A stretch of 64,000 nt of DNA from Myxococcales bacterium (GTDB lineage: Bacteria; Myxococcota_A; UBA9042; JABWCM01; BTVJ01), in assembly GCA_045863395.1 (NCBI GenBank), contig BTVJ01000004.1:32001-96000 (forward strand). Reading direction: 5' to 3'. Position numbers and translations under genes: made by a program. The notes beneath the pieces are model-generated. The model was not told the origin of the DNA and ran no database searches. It saw only the letters and a list, made by a program, of their open reading frames with translations. Positions 46,451 to 55,416 of this stretch are shown in pieces (the stretch's first letter is position 1; every line of letters begins with the position of its first letter).

Positions 46451-47734
46451 TCAGGGCTCTCCGAGCAGGGAGCGCATGCGCCGCTTCAGGTCCGCACGGT
46501 CCTCCTTGGCGAGGGGCAGCTCGCTGCTGGTCTCCGCCACGAGGCGCAGGGCCAGCCTCTCCTCCGCCGTGTCACCGAAGCTCCCCAGGCGCTGGCGCAG
46601 CTCGACCTCCACGTCCCGGAGCTCAGCGCGGGTCGCGCCGCCCGCGGCCGCCTTCTGGTACTCCTCCAGACGGCGCACGGTGTCGGCGTCGAGCGTCGAC
46701 GCGAGGCCGAACCAGGGTCCGGTCAGGACCGCGTCGGCCCGGGAGCCAGGCGGAACGTCCTGCTGGCGCGCATGGATGCCGTCCGACTCCCGCGTCAGCA
46801 CATGGATCTCCCGAGGGCGCGCCCCGAGCAGGGTGAGCGGGTTGTGGGTGGTCACGACGAAGGAGAGACACGGAAAGGCCGCGCGCAGATCCTCGATGAC
46901 GCGGACCTGCCACCGGGGGTGCAGATGGAGGTCCAGCTCGTCCACCAGGACGAGCCCGGTCATCTGCTCGCGGAAGTCCCGGTCCAGGTTCACGGCCGAC
47001 TGAGTGGCTTGCGTCCTGGAGCGTGACGGCCCCCGCCTCGCGTGGGCCCAGCGCGCGATGAGGTCGCAGGTCCACCCGATGGTGGTGGCAAAGCCGTCGC
47101 TGAGGCCGTCGAACGTGGTGCGCCCGACGGCCGGCCCCTCGACGTACACGGCGTCCGACTCGGGCTCGATGCGGTCCACCCCCGGCAGGAGTCCGACCAG
47201 GGTGGCGCACACCGACTCGAAGAAGCCCTCGTCCCCCCCGCCCTTGCTTCGCAGGGCACCAAACGCGAGGTTCCGGAGCCATGTCTCGGCGTGAATCAGC
47301 CCCGGCGGCTGGTTGAACAGAGTCCCCACGGCCCCGAGAGGGTGCTCCAGGTCCACGCTGCGGCTCGGCCCCCCGAGGGCGCTCCCCCGTGCGGCCCCGT
47401 AGGCGAAGACGAGGGGAGTGAAGCCGAAGGTGCGGGTGGCGGCGCCCAACTCCAGCTCCAGATCGCCGGCCGAGGTCTGAAGTGCGACCCTCCCCGGTGG
47501 AGCCCCGAGCCGCTGGAGCCGCCCCTCCGGGTAGCGCGTCAGGTCGCTGAGCGGACTCAGCGCCACGGCCAGCGCCTTCAGGATGGTCGACTTGCCCACC
47601 CCGTTGTCGCCGAGCAGCACCGTCCACTGCCCCCGGCTCCGGGGCCGGGAGGCAAAGCGCAGGTCGAGCTGGTCGAAGCAGCGGACATTGTCGAGGTGCA
47701 GGTGCTTGAGAACCACGGGCGGTGATGCTTCCAT
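46451..47734 (-). CDS. ABC/AAA_21-type ATPase, Septu PtuA-like
   Basis: LHLDNVRCF, Walker A GDNGVGKS, LSDG, Walker B VLVDELDLHLHPRWQ and VTTHNP; TATACT -10 (47743-47748) 8 nt before ATG 47734. Confidence 0.87.
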   Translation of the reverse strand: MEASPPVVLKHLHLDNVRCFDQLDLRFASRPRSRGQWTVLLGDNGVGKSTILKALAVALSPLSDLTRYPEGRLQRLGAPPGRVALQTSAGDLELELGAATRTFGFTPLVFAYGAARGSALGGPSRSVDLEHPLGAVGTLFNQPPGLIHAETWLRNLAFGALRSKGGGDEGFFESVCATLVGLLPGVDRIEPESDAVYVEGPAVGRTTFDGLSDGFATTIGWTCDLIARWAHARRGPSRSRTQATQSAVNLDRDFREQMTGLVLVDELDLHLHPRWQVRVIEDLRAAFPCLSFVVTTHNPLTLLGARPREIHVLTRESDGIHARQQDVPPGSRADAVLTGPWFGLASTLDADTVRRLEEYQKAAAGGATRAELRDVEVELRQRLGSFGDTAEERLALRLVAETSSELPLAKEDRADLKRRMRSLLGEP

Positions 47735-47950
47735 GGAGCGGCAGTATAGCGGGCTTGGCGGCACGGGTCACCCGCGCACGGGGACCTCACTCCGTGGGGA
47801 CAGCGGGCCGTGGAGGTCGGCTCCTCGGTCGCCGTGGAGACCTGGCCACGCCCGATGGGTTCCGAGGCCACCGGGCGAAGCCCCCCGCCCCCGGAATGCC
47901 ACCCACCGGGTACCTGTTTGCGCTGCCACGACCCACGGAGGTTCCCCAAA

Positions 47951-49504
47951 GTGAGCTTCGCCCATGCGTTTCTGGCCGGTGACCCCGCGGCCACCGCCCT
48001 GCTGCCCGACGGCTTCCGGCGCCCCGCAGACCGGGCCGCCGCGGTGGTGGCGGCGCGACGGCCTGTCTCTGCGGCCCTCATCCGGGCGCTCGAGGGGCAG
48101 ATGGACGCCTGGGGGGCTCGCCCGGCCCAGCGCAACGCCTTGCGCGCCCTGGAGGGCGGGGCCGTCGCCGTCGTGACCGGGCAGCAGGTGGGGCTCCACC
48201 TCGGGCCCCTCTACACGATTCACAAGGCGGCAGCGGCGGTGGTGACCGCCCGTGCGCTCGCGGAGGAGACAGGACAGCCCTGCGTGGCCGTGTTCTGGCT
48301 CCAGACGGAGGACCACGACCTGGCGGAGATCCGCGGGGTGGGCCTGCCCGGCGCTACACTGAGCGTCGCCGACGACGGGCGGGACGGCGTCTCCGTGTGG
48401 CACCGCGTGCTGGGCCCCGACGTGGAGACCCTCCCGCTCGCCGAGCACCTCGGGCACGCGCCCCACGCCGCCGAGGTCGTCGCCTGGCTCGGGCGCCACT
48501 ACCGTGCCGGAAGGGCCTGGCACACGGCGTTCGCAGGGGCGCTGTGCGAGCTGCTGGGCGACGCGGGGCTCCTGTTGCTCGACCCCCGGGATCCGGCCAT
48601 CGCGGCGCTGAGTGCTCCGATCCTGCGGGCGTCCCTCACCGCGGATCTCGGCGCCCTCGCCGAGCGGGGGGAAGCGCTACGGGCGGCTGGCTTCTCGGAG
48701 CAGGTGCACGTGCGGCAAGGCTCTCCGCTGGCGTTCTTCCACCCCCACGGCGCGGATGGGCCGCGCGCGCGCCTCGCACCGCACGGCGACGGCTGGCGGG
48801 TCGCGGGCACCGGACAGACGGTGTCCACCGCCGCGATCCTGCACGCGGCCGATCGGGATCCCCGCGTGCTGAGCACCTCCGCGCTGCTGCGCCCCCTGGT
48901 GCAGGACACGCTCCTGCCGACCGCCATGACCCTCGGGGGGCCCGGTGAGATCGCGTACATGGCGCAGCTCCCGCCACTCTACGAGCGCCTCGGCCTGCCC
49001 ATGCCGCTGATTGGGCCCCGCGCCAGCCTGCGACTCGTGGATGCGCGGTCCCGGTCGCGCCTCGACGCGCTGGAGCTGTCCATCGCGGACCTGGCGCGCC
49101 CCCGGGAGGCGCTCCTCGCCACCCTCGCCGAGCGCCGGGGGGCGCCGCACATCCCGGACCTGCACGCCGCGCTGCGCACGGACGTCGATGCTCTGCTCAC
49201 GCGCTTCGCCAGCCAGGCGGCGCCCCCAGCCGACGCCCTGGACAAGACCCGCCGCTCGGTGCACCACGCCCTGCTGCGCCTCGTGGAGCGCACCGCCTCG
49301 GCGCTGGCCACCCGCGACGCCGTGACCGCGGGGCGCCTCGACAGGCTGCTTGGGGTGATGCACCCTGGGGGCGCGCCCCAGGAGCGGACCCTCGGCGTGG
49401 CGTGGGCGGCGGCGCGGGTGGGCCTCGCTGCGCTCGCGTCGAAGATCCTGGCCGCCTGCGTCCCCTTCGAGGGCGCCACCCGCGACGTGGAGCTGGAGCG
49501 CTGA
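47951..49504 (+). CDS. bshC: Bacillithiol biosynthesis cysteine-adding enzyme
   Basis: VVTGQQ.GL..GPLYTIHKA, VFWLQTEDHD..EI, LLRPLVQD.LLPT....GGPGEIAY and PQER; GTG start after GGAGG. Confidence 0.9.
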   Translation: MSFAHAFLAGDPAATALLPDGFRRPADRAAAVVAARRPVSAALIRALEGQMDAWGARPAQRNALRALEGGAVAVVTGQQVGLHLGPLYTIHKAAAAVVTARALAEETGQPCVAVFWLQTEDHDLAEIRGVGLPGATLSVADDGRDGVSVWHRVLGPDVETLPLAEHLGHAPHAAEVVAWLGRHYRAGRAWHTAFAGALCELLGDAGLLLLDPRDPAIAALSAPILRASLTADLGALAERGEALRAAGFSEQVHVRQGSPLAFFHPHGADGPRARLAPHGDGWRVAGTGQTVSTAAILHAADRDPRVLSTSALLRPLVQDTLLPTAMTLGGPGEIAYMAQLPPLYERLGLPMPLIGPRASLRLVDARSRSRLDALELSIADLARPREALLATLAERRGAPHIPDLHAALRTDVDALLTRFASQAAPPADALDKTRRSVHHALLRLVERTASALATRDAVTAGRLDRLLGVMHPGGAPQERTLGVAWAAARVGLAALASKILAACVPFEGATRDVELER

Positions 49505-49527
49505 CCCCTGCCGTTGGAGTCCCCCGC

Positions 49528-50682
49528 ATGACCCGCCCCCTGAACATCGGCGTGACCTGCTACCCCACGTTCGGGGGCAGCGGGATCATCGCCACCGAGA
49601 TCGCCGCCGAGCTGGCGCGCCGCGGCCACCGCGTGCACGTGATCAGCTACGACCTGCCCGTCCGCCTGGACCGGACGGCGGACAACGTGTTCTTCCACGA
49701 GGTGGAGGTCCGCGAGTACCCGCTGTTCCAGCACACCCCCTACGTCATCGCGCTGGCGTCGCGCCTCGTGGACGTCACCCGCTGGGAGCGCCTCGACCTG
49801 CTCCACGTCCACTACGCCGTCCCCCACGCGACCAGCGCGTTCCTGGCGCAGCAGGTGCTCGGCGACGAGGCGCCGAAGCTCGTGACCACGCTGCACGGCA
49901 CGGACATCACCCTGGTCGGCGGCGACCCGAGCTACCTGCCCATCACCCGGTTCTCCGTGATGCGGAGCGATCTCGTCACGGCGCCGAGCGAGTTCCTCCG
50001 CGAGGCGTCCTATGAGCGGCTGGAGCTCCCGCGTTCAACCCCCATCGACGTGATCCCCAACTTCGTGGACACGGACCGCTACGCGCCCCCGGTGAGCCGT
50101 GACCCCCACCGCCTCCGCCAGCTCTTCCGGTGCAGCGCCGGCCTGGAGGGGGCCCGCGTGCTGCTGCACGTGTCCAACTTCCGCCCCGTCAAGCGGGTGC
50201 TGGACGTCGTCGCCGTCTTCGCGCAGGTGGCGCGCGCCAGGCCCTGCGTCCTCCTGCTGGTCGGCGACGGCCCGGACCGTGCCGCCGCGGAGGCCCGCGT
50301 GCGGGAGCTCGGCCTCGCGGATCGCGTCTCCTTCGTGGGCAAGCAGGAGAGCTTCGTCGCATGGATGCAGCAGTCCGACGTGTTCCTGCTGCCCAGCGAG
50401 ACCGAGAGCTTCGGGCTGGCGGCCCTGGAGGCCATGTCCTGCGGCGTGCCGGTGGTGGGGAGCCACACGGGCGGCCTCACGGAGGTGGTCACGCCCGACG
50501 TAGGCTTCCTGCACCCGGTCGGGGACGTCGAGGCCATGGCGGCGAGCGTCGTCCGCCTGCTGGACGACGCGGACCTCCATGAGCGCATGGGCGGGGCAGC
50601 CCGGCGCGCCGCCGTAGCGAGGTGGCGCATGGGCCCGATGGTGGATCGCTACGAGGAGGCCTACCGGCGGCTGCTCGGCTGA
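49528..50682 (+). CDS. bshA: N-acetyl-alpha-D-glucosaminyl L-malate synthase
   Basis: CYPTFGGSGIIATE, HVHYAVPHA, TTLHGTDITLVG, HVSNFRPVKR and ESFGLAALEAM. Confidence 0.93.
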   Translation: MTRPLNIGVTCYPTFGGSGIIATEIAAELARRGHRVHVISYDLPVRLDRTADNVFFHEVEVREYPLFQHTPYVIALASRLVDVTRWERLDLLHVHYAVPHATSAFLAQQVLGDEAPKLVTTLHGTDITLVGGDPSYLPITRFSVMRSDLVTAPSEFLREASYERLELPRSTPIDVIPNFVDTDRYAPPVSRDPHRLRQLFRCSAGLEGARVLLHVSNFRPVKRVLDVVAVFAQVARARPCVLLLVGDGPDRAAAEARVRELGLADRVSFVGKQESFVAWMQQSDVFLLPSETESFGLAALEAMSCGVPVVGSHTGGLTEVVTPDVGFLHPVGDVEAMAASVVRLLDDADLHERMGGAARRAAVARWRMGPMVDRYEEAYRRLLG

Positions 50683-51516
50683 CTACTTCCACTCCTCCAG
50701 GGCCTTCTTCACCTGGTCCTCCCAGAAGAAGTACTCCGCCTTCTTGCCCAGGTCATAGGCCCGCTGGGCCGCAGCGAGGGCCTCCTTCTTCTGGCCCTTC
50801 TTCGCCAGGATCTGCGCGTGGATCCAGAGGCCGTACCAAGTGGGATCGACGGCGACCGACGCCGTCGAGAGCTCCAGCGCGCGGTCGAGCTCCTTGCCCC
50901 CGTCGAGGAGCCACCGGGCCGCGTTGGCCTGCGTGCGGGCCGCGTCCTTGGTCGCGGTCGCCACGCTGGCCGCGGCGTGGGCCGCGGTGTCCGCGGTGAT
51001 CGGCAGGGTGACCCGCAGCGTGTCCCACTCCAGGTCGAGCGAGGTGGCGTCGTCGGTCGTGTCCGCGAAGACGAAGCTCATGCGCTCCCGCTTGGGGATC
51101 TGCGCCGTCTTGCCCGGGACCCGCGCCTGGTCCTGCGCCTTGTCGTAGCCCTGGGTGCCGCCGAGACCGACCTGCTTGCTGAGCACCCAGGTCCAGTCGG
51201 CCTTCGTCGGGACCGCGAACAGGCTGTAGCTGCCCGCTGGGACCGCCTGGCCGCCCACCTTCACGTCCTTGGAGAACGTGATCTTGGTGGCCGCGTTGGC
51301 GCCGAGGCGCCACAGCTCGTCGTAGGGGACCAGCTCCCCCCAGATGGTGCGCCCCTTCACGCCAGGGCTGCTGTACTCGACGGTGACGTCGGTGAGCCCC
51401 ACCCGCTGGGTGACGCTGGCGGTAGGGCTCGGGCGGGGCAGGTCGGGCGACTGGGCGTGGGCCGTCGCGGTCCACAGCAGGGTCACCAGGGCGAGCGCAC
51501 GGTGCGCGGTCTTCAT
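50683..51516 (-). CDS. DUF2911 domain exported protein with a C-terminal TPR-like region
   Basis: Signal peptide ending AHA-Q; PRPSP..SVTQ.VGLT.VTVEYS.P.VKGR.IWG.LVPY..LWRLGAN.AT; GAGGAG RBS. Confidence 0.87.
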   Translation of the reverse strand: MKTAHRALALVTLLWTATAHAQSPDLPRPSPTASVTQRVGLTDVTVEYSSPGVKGRTIWGELVPYDELWRLGANAATKITFSKDVKVGGQAVPAGSYSLFAVPTKADWTWVLSKQVGLGGTQGYDKAQDQARVPGKTAQIPKRERMSFVFADTTDDATSLDLEWDTLRVTLPITADTAAHAAASVATATKDAARTQANAARWLLDGGKELDRALELSTASVAVDPTWYGLWIHAQILAKKGQKKEALAAAQRAYDLGKKAEYFFWEDQVKKALEEWK

Positions 51517-51660
51517 CGGCAGTCTCCTCATGGGTGAGGCCACGGTCGTGGCGGTGGTGTCGGGCATACCCCAACACCCCCTTCGAAGGCAACATTCCTG
51601 GACCTCGGTGGCGCCTGGCGCCCCTGGACCTCGCCGCGCGGTTCTTCTAAAGTCCGGCCC

Positions 51661-54624
51661 ATGCGTGACCCCGACGAGACTCCGCCCGACGGGGAGACGG
51701 CGCCCCCCGCGGGCCCCGCAGGGGAGCCGGGGGCACTCCCCGCGCGCATCGGGCGCTACCGCATCGACGGGCTGCTCGGGCGCGGCGGCATGGGGGAGGT
51801 CTTCGCCGCGTGGGACGAGCGCCTGGAGCGTCCGGTGGCGCTGAAGCGCATCCACGGGCTGCACCGGGAGAGCGCGGACGCCCGCGCCCGCTTCTGGCGG
51901 GAGGCGCGGGCCCTGGCGGCGCTCGAGCACCCCGGCGTGGTCACGGTCTACGAGCTGGGCGAGACCCCGGACGGCGACCTGTTCATGGCCATGGAGCTGG
52001 TCAAGGGGACCCCGGTCTCCGAGGCGCTCGGGGCGCGGTGGCCCATCGGCGCGGCGTGCCGCCTGGCCCGGGAGGTGGCCTCGGCCCTCGGCGCCGCCCA
52101 CGCGGCGGGCATCGTCCACCGGGACATCAAGCCGTCCAACCTGATCGTCGAGGGCGACGGGAGCGTCCGCGTGCTGGACTTCGGCCTGGCGCGGCGCACC
52201 GCGGAGGGGACCGACGAGCTGACCCGCTCGGGGCTCGTCATCGGGACCCCCGCCTGGATGTCCCCCGAGCAGGTGCGCGCCCAGGCCGTCGGTCCGCAGA
52301 CGGACGTCTTCGCGGTCGGCATCCTGCTGTATCGCACGCTGACCGGGACCCACCCCTTCCTGCGGGACTCGTCGCTGGCCACCGCCGTCGCCGTCGCCGA
52401 GGCGAAGTTCCGCCCCCTCGGCGAGCTGCGCCCCGACGCGCCGCGACGCCTGAGCGCCCTCGTCGAGCGGTGCCTCGCCTCCGATCCGGCGGCCCGCCCC
52501 GCCGACGGGCGCGCGCTCGCCCTGGAGCTGGACGGGGTGGAAGCCGCACCCATCGAGGCCCTCGCCCGCCTCGTCCACGACGGCCGCGGCGAGGTCGACC
52601 CGACGTCGGACACTCAGGCGGCGGCGTCCCCACCGCGGCGCCGGGTGTGGGCCCTGGGCGCGGGTACGCTGGCCCTGGCCGCCATCGCCCTCCTATGGCC
52701 GGGCGGGCAGTCTCCGCCGAACGGGCCGCCCGCCGCGCCGACCGGCAACCCCGAGCCGGGCGCCACCGAACCCGCCGCCACCGAACCGGGCGCCACAGGG
52801 CGCGGCTCCACCGAACCCGGCGCCGGCTGGGCGAGGCGCCCCCCACGCCCGGTGGTGGCGGTGCTCGGGCTCCGGCGCGCCGACACCGAGGCGGAGCGGC
52901 TCCGCGCCGAGGTGGCCGCCGACGCGCTGCGGGAGGCCCTCGACGACGCCCCCCACGAGGCGCTGGTCATGCCGTGGTCCACGCTGCTCTCCCTGGGACG
53001 CGGGGGCGCCCTGCCCCCTCTGGACACACCGCCGACGCGCCTGCTCCGGCCCGGCCGCGGCCTGGGGAGCATCGACGCGGTGGTCACCGGCGTCTTGGGA
53101 GACGACGACGCGAGGGCGCACCTCGTGGACACGTCCACGGGCACCGTCGTCGCGGAGGCCCACGCCACGGGCAGGGACCCGGTGGCGCTGGGCCGAGCCC
53201 TGGCCGTTCAGCTCCGCCCCCTGCTTGGGCTGCCGGGAGACCCGCCCCCCACTCCAACCACGTCCGCCGACGCGTGGGCGGCCTACGTGGAGGGCCGTGA
53301 GGCGGCCCACTCCGCTGACGACGGGCGCGCCCGGGAGCGGCTGACGTGGGCGCTTCAGCTCGACCCGGCGTTCTCGCTGGCCCGCGCGGGCACCCTCCAG
53401 ATGCTGCGGGGGGAGCGCCGCTATGACGAGCTGGTCGCCCAGGCCGACGCCCTCCTGAACAGCGGCGCCCCACCCCGCCACCGGGCCACCGCCCTGGCGC
53501 TGCGGTCTCTGGCCCGGGGCGAGCCCCGCGCGGCGGTCCGGCAGCTCCACGATCTGTTGCGGACATGGGTCTACGACGGAGACGCCCAGCTCGACCTGCT
53601 GGTGCTTCGCTTCAACGACCCGGAGACGGCAGACCTGCGGGAGGCGGAGCGCATCGCCCGCGACACCCTCACCATCGGCCCCGGCAGCGAGGTGGCCGCG
53701 TCCCGGCTCGTCCGGGCGCTCGCCTTCCGCGGCCGCGCCGAGGAGGCGGCGGCGGCCCTGGAGCAGCTCGGCGTCCCGCGCGAGGGCAACGGCTTCAACA
53801 TCGACCCCTGGGCGGAGGTGGACCTGCACCTCGGACGCACCGACGCGGCCATCGCGAGCTTCGACGCGGCTGCGAGCGCCGCGGAGCGCAGCATCTACGC
53901 GGAACATATGGGAGTCGCTGCCCGGATCCTCGCCGGCCGCTGCGAGGAGGCGGCGAGCCGCGCCCTCGACCGCATCGACGCCGCGCGTGTGGGCGGCAAC
54001 CCGCAGAACCTGGACTGGACCTGGTCGCTGGCCATCCAGGCCCTGCTGTGCCAGGGGCGCTGGGAGCCGGCGCTCCAGGCCATCGAGCGCTGGGCGACGT
54101 CCAGCCCGGGTGGCGCCGCCCAGGGCCCCGTCCTCGCGCTCCGGGCACGTGCCGCCAGGGGCGACGCGGACGTAGCCGACGCGGCGCTGAAATTGCTCGA
54201 CGCCCCCCGGAGTGACGCCTCCGCGCTGTGGCGCCTGATCGCTCGCGTGGGCGCGGACCCATCCTCCCTGGAGCGCCTCGCTGCCAGCGCTGGCGCCTGC
54301 GCCGTGGACATCGACCGCCCGCGCCTGGAGCAGCTCGGCTGCGCCCAGGCCGAGCGGCAGCTCAGGGCGCGGGCGCTGGAGGCGAGTGGCAGGCTGGACG
54401 AGGCCTTGGTGCAGCTCGATGCGGCCATCGGCACCTGGGACGACATCCGCTCCGAGGGCGAGCTCGCCGCCCGCGTCGAGGCCATGGCCCAGCGAGCGGA
54501 GACCCTGGAGCGGGCCGGAGACCCCAGGGCCGGCGACGCCTGGCGCCGCGTCGTCGACCTCGGCTACCCCCGCCTCTGGGCGACGGACCTCTGGGCAGTG
54601 GCCCGGCGGTCCCTGGACCGGTGA
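51661..54624 (+). CDS. Hanks-type Ser/Thr protein kinase with a TM segment and an extracytoplasmic TPR-like region
   Basis: LGRGGMGEVF, VALKRI, HRDIKPSN, DFG and GTPAWMSPE; TM WALGAGTLALAAIALLW; EPGAT-like 15-bp repeats at 52753-52827; TAAAGT -10 7 nt before the ATG. Confidence 0.9.
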   Translation: MRDPDETPPDGETAPPAGPAGEPGALPARIGRYRIDGLLGRGGMGEVFAAWDERLERPVALKRIHGLHRESADARARFWREARALAALEHPGVVTVYELGETPDGDLFMAMELVKGTPVSEALGARWPIGAACRLAREVASALGAAHAAGIVHRDIKPSNLIVEGDGSVRVLDFGLARRTAEGTDELTRSGLVIGTPAWMSPEQVRAQAVGPQTDVFAVGILLYRTLTGTHPFLRDSSLATAVAVAEAKFRPLGELRPDAPRRLSALVERCLASDPAARPADGRALALELDGVEAAPIEALARLVHDGRGEVDPTSDTQAAASPPRRRVWALGAGTLALAAIALLWPGGQSPPNGPPAAPTGNPEPGATEPAATEPGATGRGSTEPGAGWARRPPRPVVAVLGLRRADTEAERLRAEVAADALREALDDAPHEALVMPWSTLLSLGRGGALPPLDTPPTRLLRPGRGLGSIDAVVTGVLGDDDARAHLVDTSTGTVVAEAHATGRDPVALGRALAVQLRPLLGLPGDPPPTPTTSADAWAAYVEGREAAHSADDGRARERLTWALQLDPAFSLARAGTLQMLRGERRYDELVAQADALLNSGAPPRHRATALALRSLARGEPRAAVRQLHDLLRTWVYDGDAQLDLLVLRFNDPETADLREAERIARDTLTIGPGSEVAASRLVRALAFRGRAEEAAAALEQLGVPREGNGFNIDPWAEVDLHLGRTDAAIASFDAAASAAERSIYAEHMGVAARILAGRCEEAASRALDRIDAARVGGNPQNLDWTWSLAIQALLCQGRWEPALQAIERWATSSPGGAAQGPVLALRARAARGDADVADAALKLLDAPRSDASALWRLIARVGADPSSLERLAASAGACAVDIDRPRLEQLGCAQAERQLRARALEASGRLDEALVQLDAAIGTWDDIRSEGELAARVEAMAQRAETLERAGDPRAGDAWRRVVDLGYPRLWATDLWAVARRSLDR

Positions 54625-54747
54625 CGGCGGCACAGGGGCGACGGGTCGCGCGCATCGGCGTGGCGGCCACGGACGCACGGAGCATCGCGGTGTATGCTCC
54701 ACCCCGGAGGCCCGCGGTGCGGACCACGCCGCCTGGAGGAGCGGGGC

Positions 54748-55416
54748 ATGCGCATCCTGGTCATCGAGGACGACCCGAAGATCGCGGGGTTCCTGGCCCG
54801 AGGGCTGCGGGAGGAGGGGCACCGGGTCGACGTGACGAGCGACCTTGCGGCGGCGCGACGCACCGTCGCCGAGGGCTACGACCTGCTGCTCGTCGACCGG
54901 ATGCTCCCCGACGGGGACGGGCTCTCGCTGGTCCGGGAGCTGCGCCGGGGGAACGACCGCACGCCGGCGATCTGCCTGACCGCGCGCGACCGGGTCGAGG
55001 AGCGCGTCGAGGGCCTCCACGGCGGCGCCGACGACTACCTGGTCAAGCCCTTCGCCTTCGAGGAGCTGCTGGCGCGCATCGACGCCGTCACCCGGCGCCT
55101 GCCGGTCGACGAGCGCATCGAGGTCGCCGACCTGGTGATCGACGTGGCGGCGCACCGCGTCACGCGGGCCGGCGTCGAGATCCGCCTGACCGCGCAGGAG
55201 CTGACGCTGCTGCGCCTCCTCGCCGAGAACGCCGGGCGGGTGCTCTCTCGAACTCGCATCCTGGAGGCCGTGTGGGGCGTCTCCCACGACCCCCGCACCA
55301 ACGTCGTCGACGTCTACGTCAGCTACCTGCGGGCCAAGGTGGACAAGGGCTTCGATCACCCGCTCATCCACACGGTCCGCGGCGCGGGCTACGTCCTCGA
55401 GGAGCGCCCGCGTTGA
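54748..55416 (+). CDS. OmpR/CusR-family DNA-binding response regulator
   Basis: MRILVIEDD, DRMLPDGDG, GADDYLVKPF and TNVVDVYVSYLRAKVD..LIHTVRGAGY. Confidence 0.93.
   Translation: MRILVIEDDPKIAGFLARGLREEGHRVDVTSDLAAARRTVAEGYDLLLVDRMLPDGDGLSLVRELRRGNDRTPAICLTARDRVEERVEGLHGGADDYLVKPFAFEELLARIDAVTRRLPVDERIEVADLVIDVAAHRVTRAGVEIRLTAQELTLLRLLAENAGRVLSRTRILEAVWGVSHDPRTNVVDVYVSYLRAKVDKGFDHPLIHTVRGAGYVLEERPR

Noticed and set aside
45579..47734. Retron (Ec78-type) system
   Set aside because: No reverse transcriptase gene or msr-msd region recognised nearby
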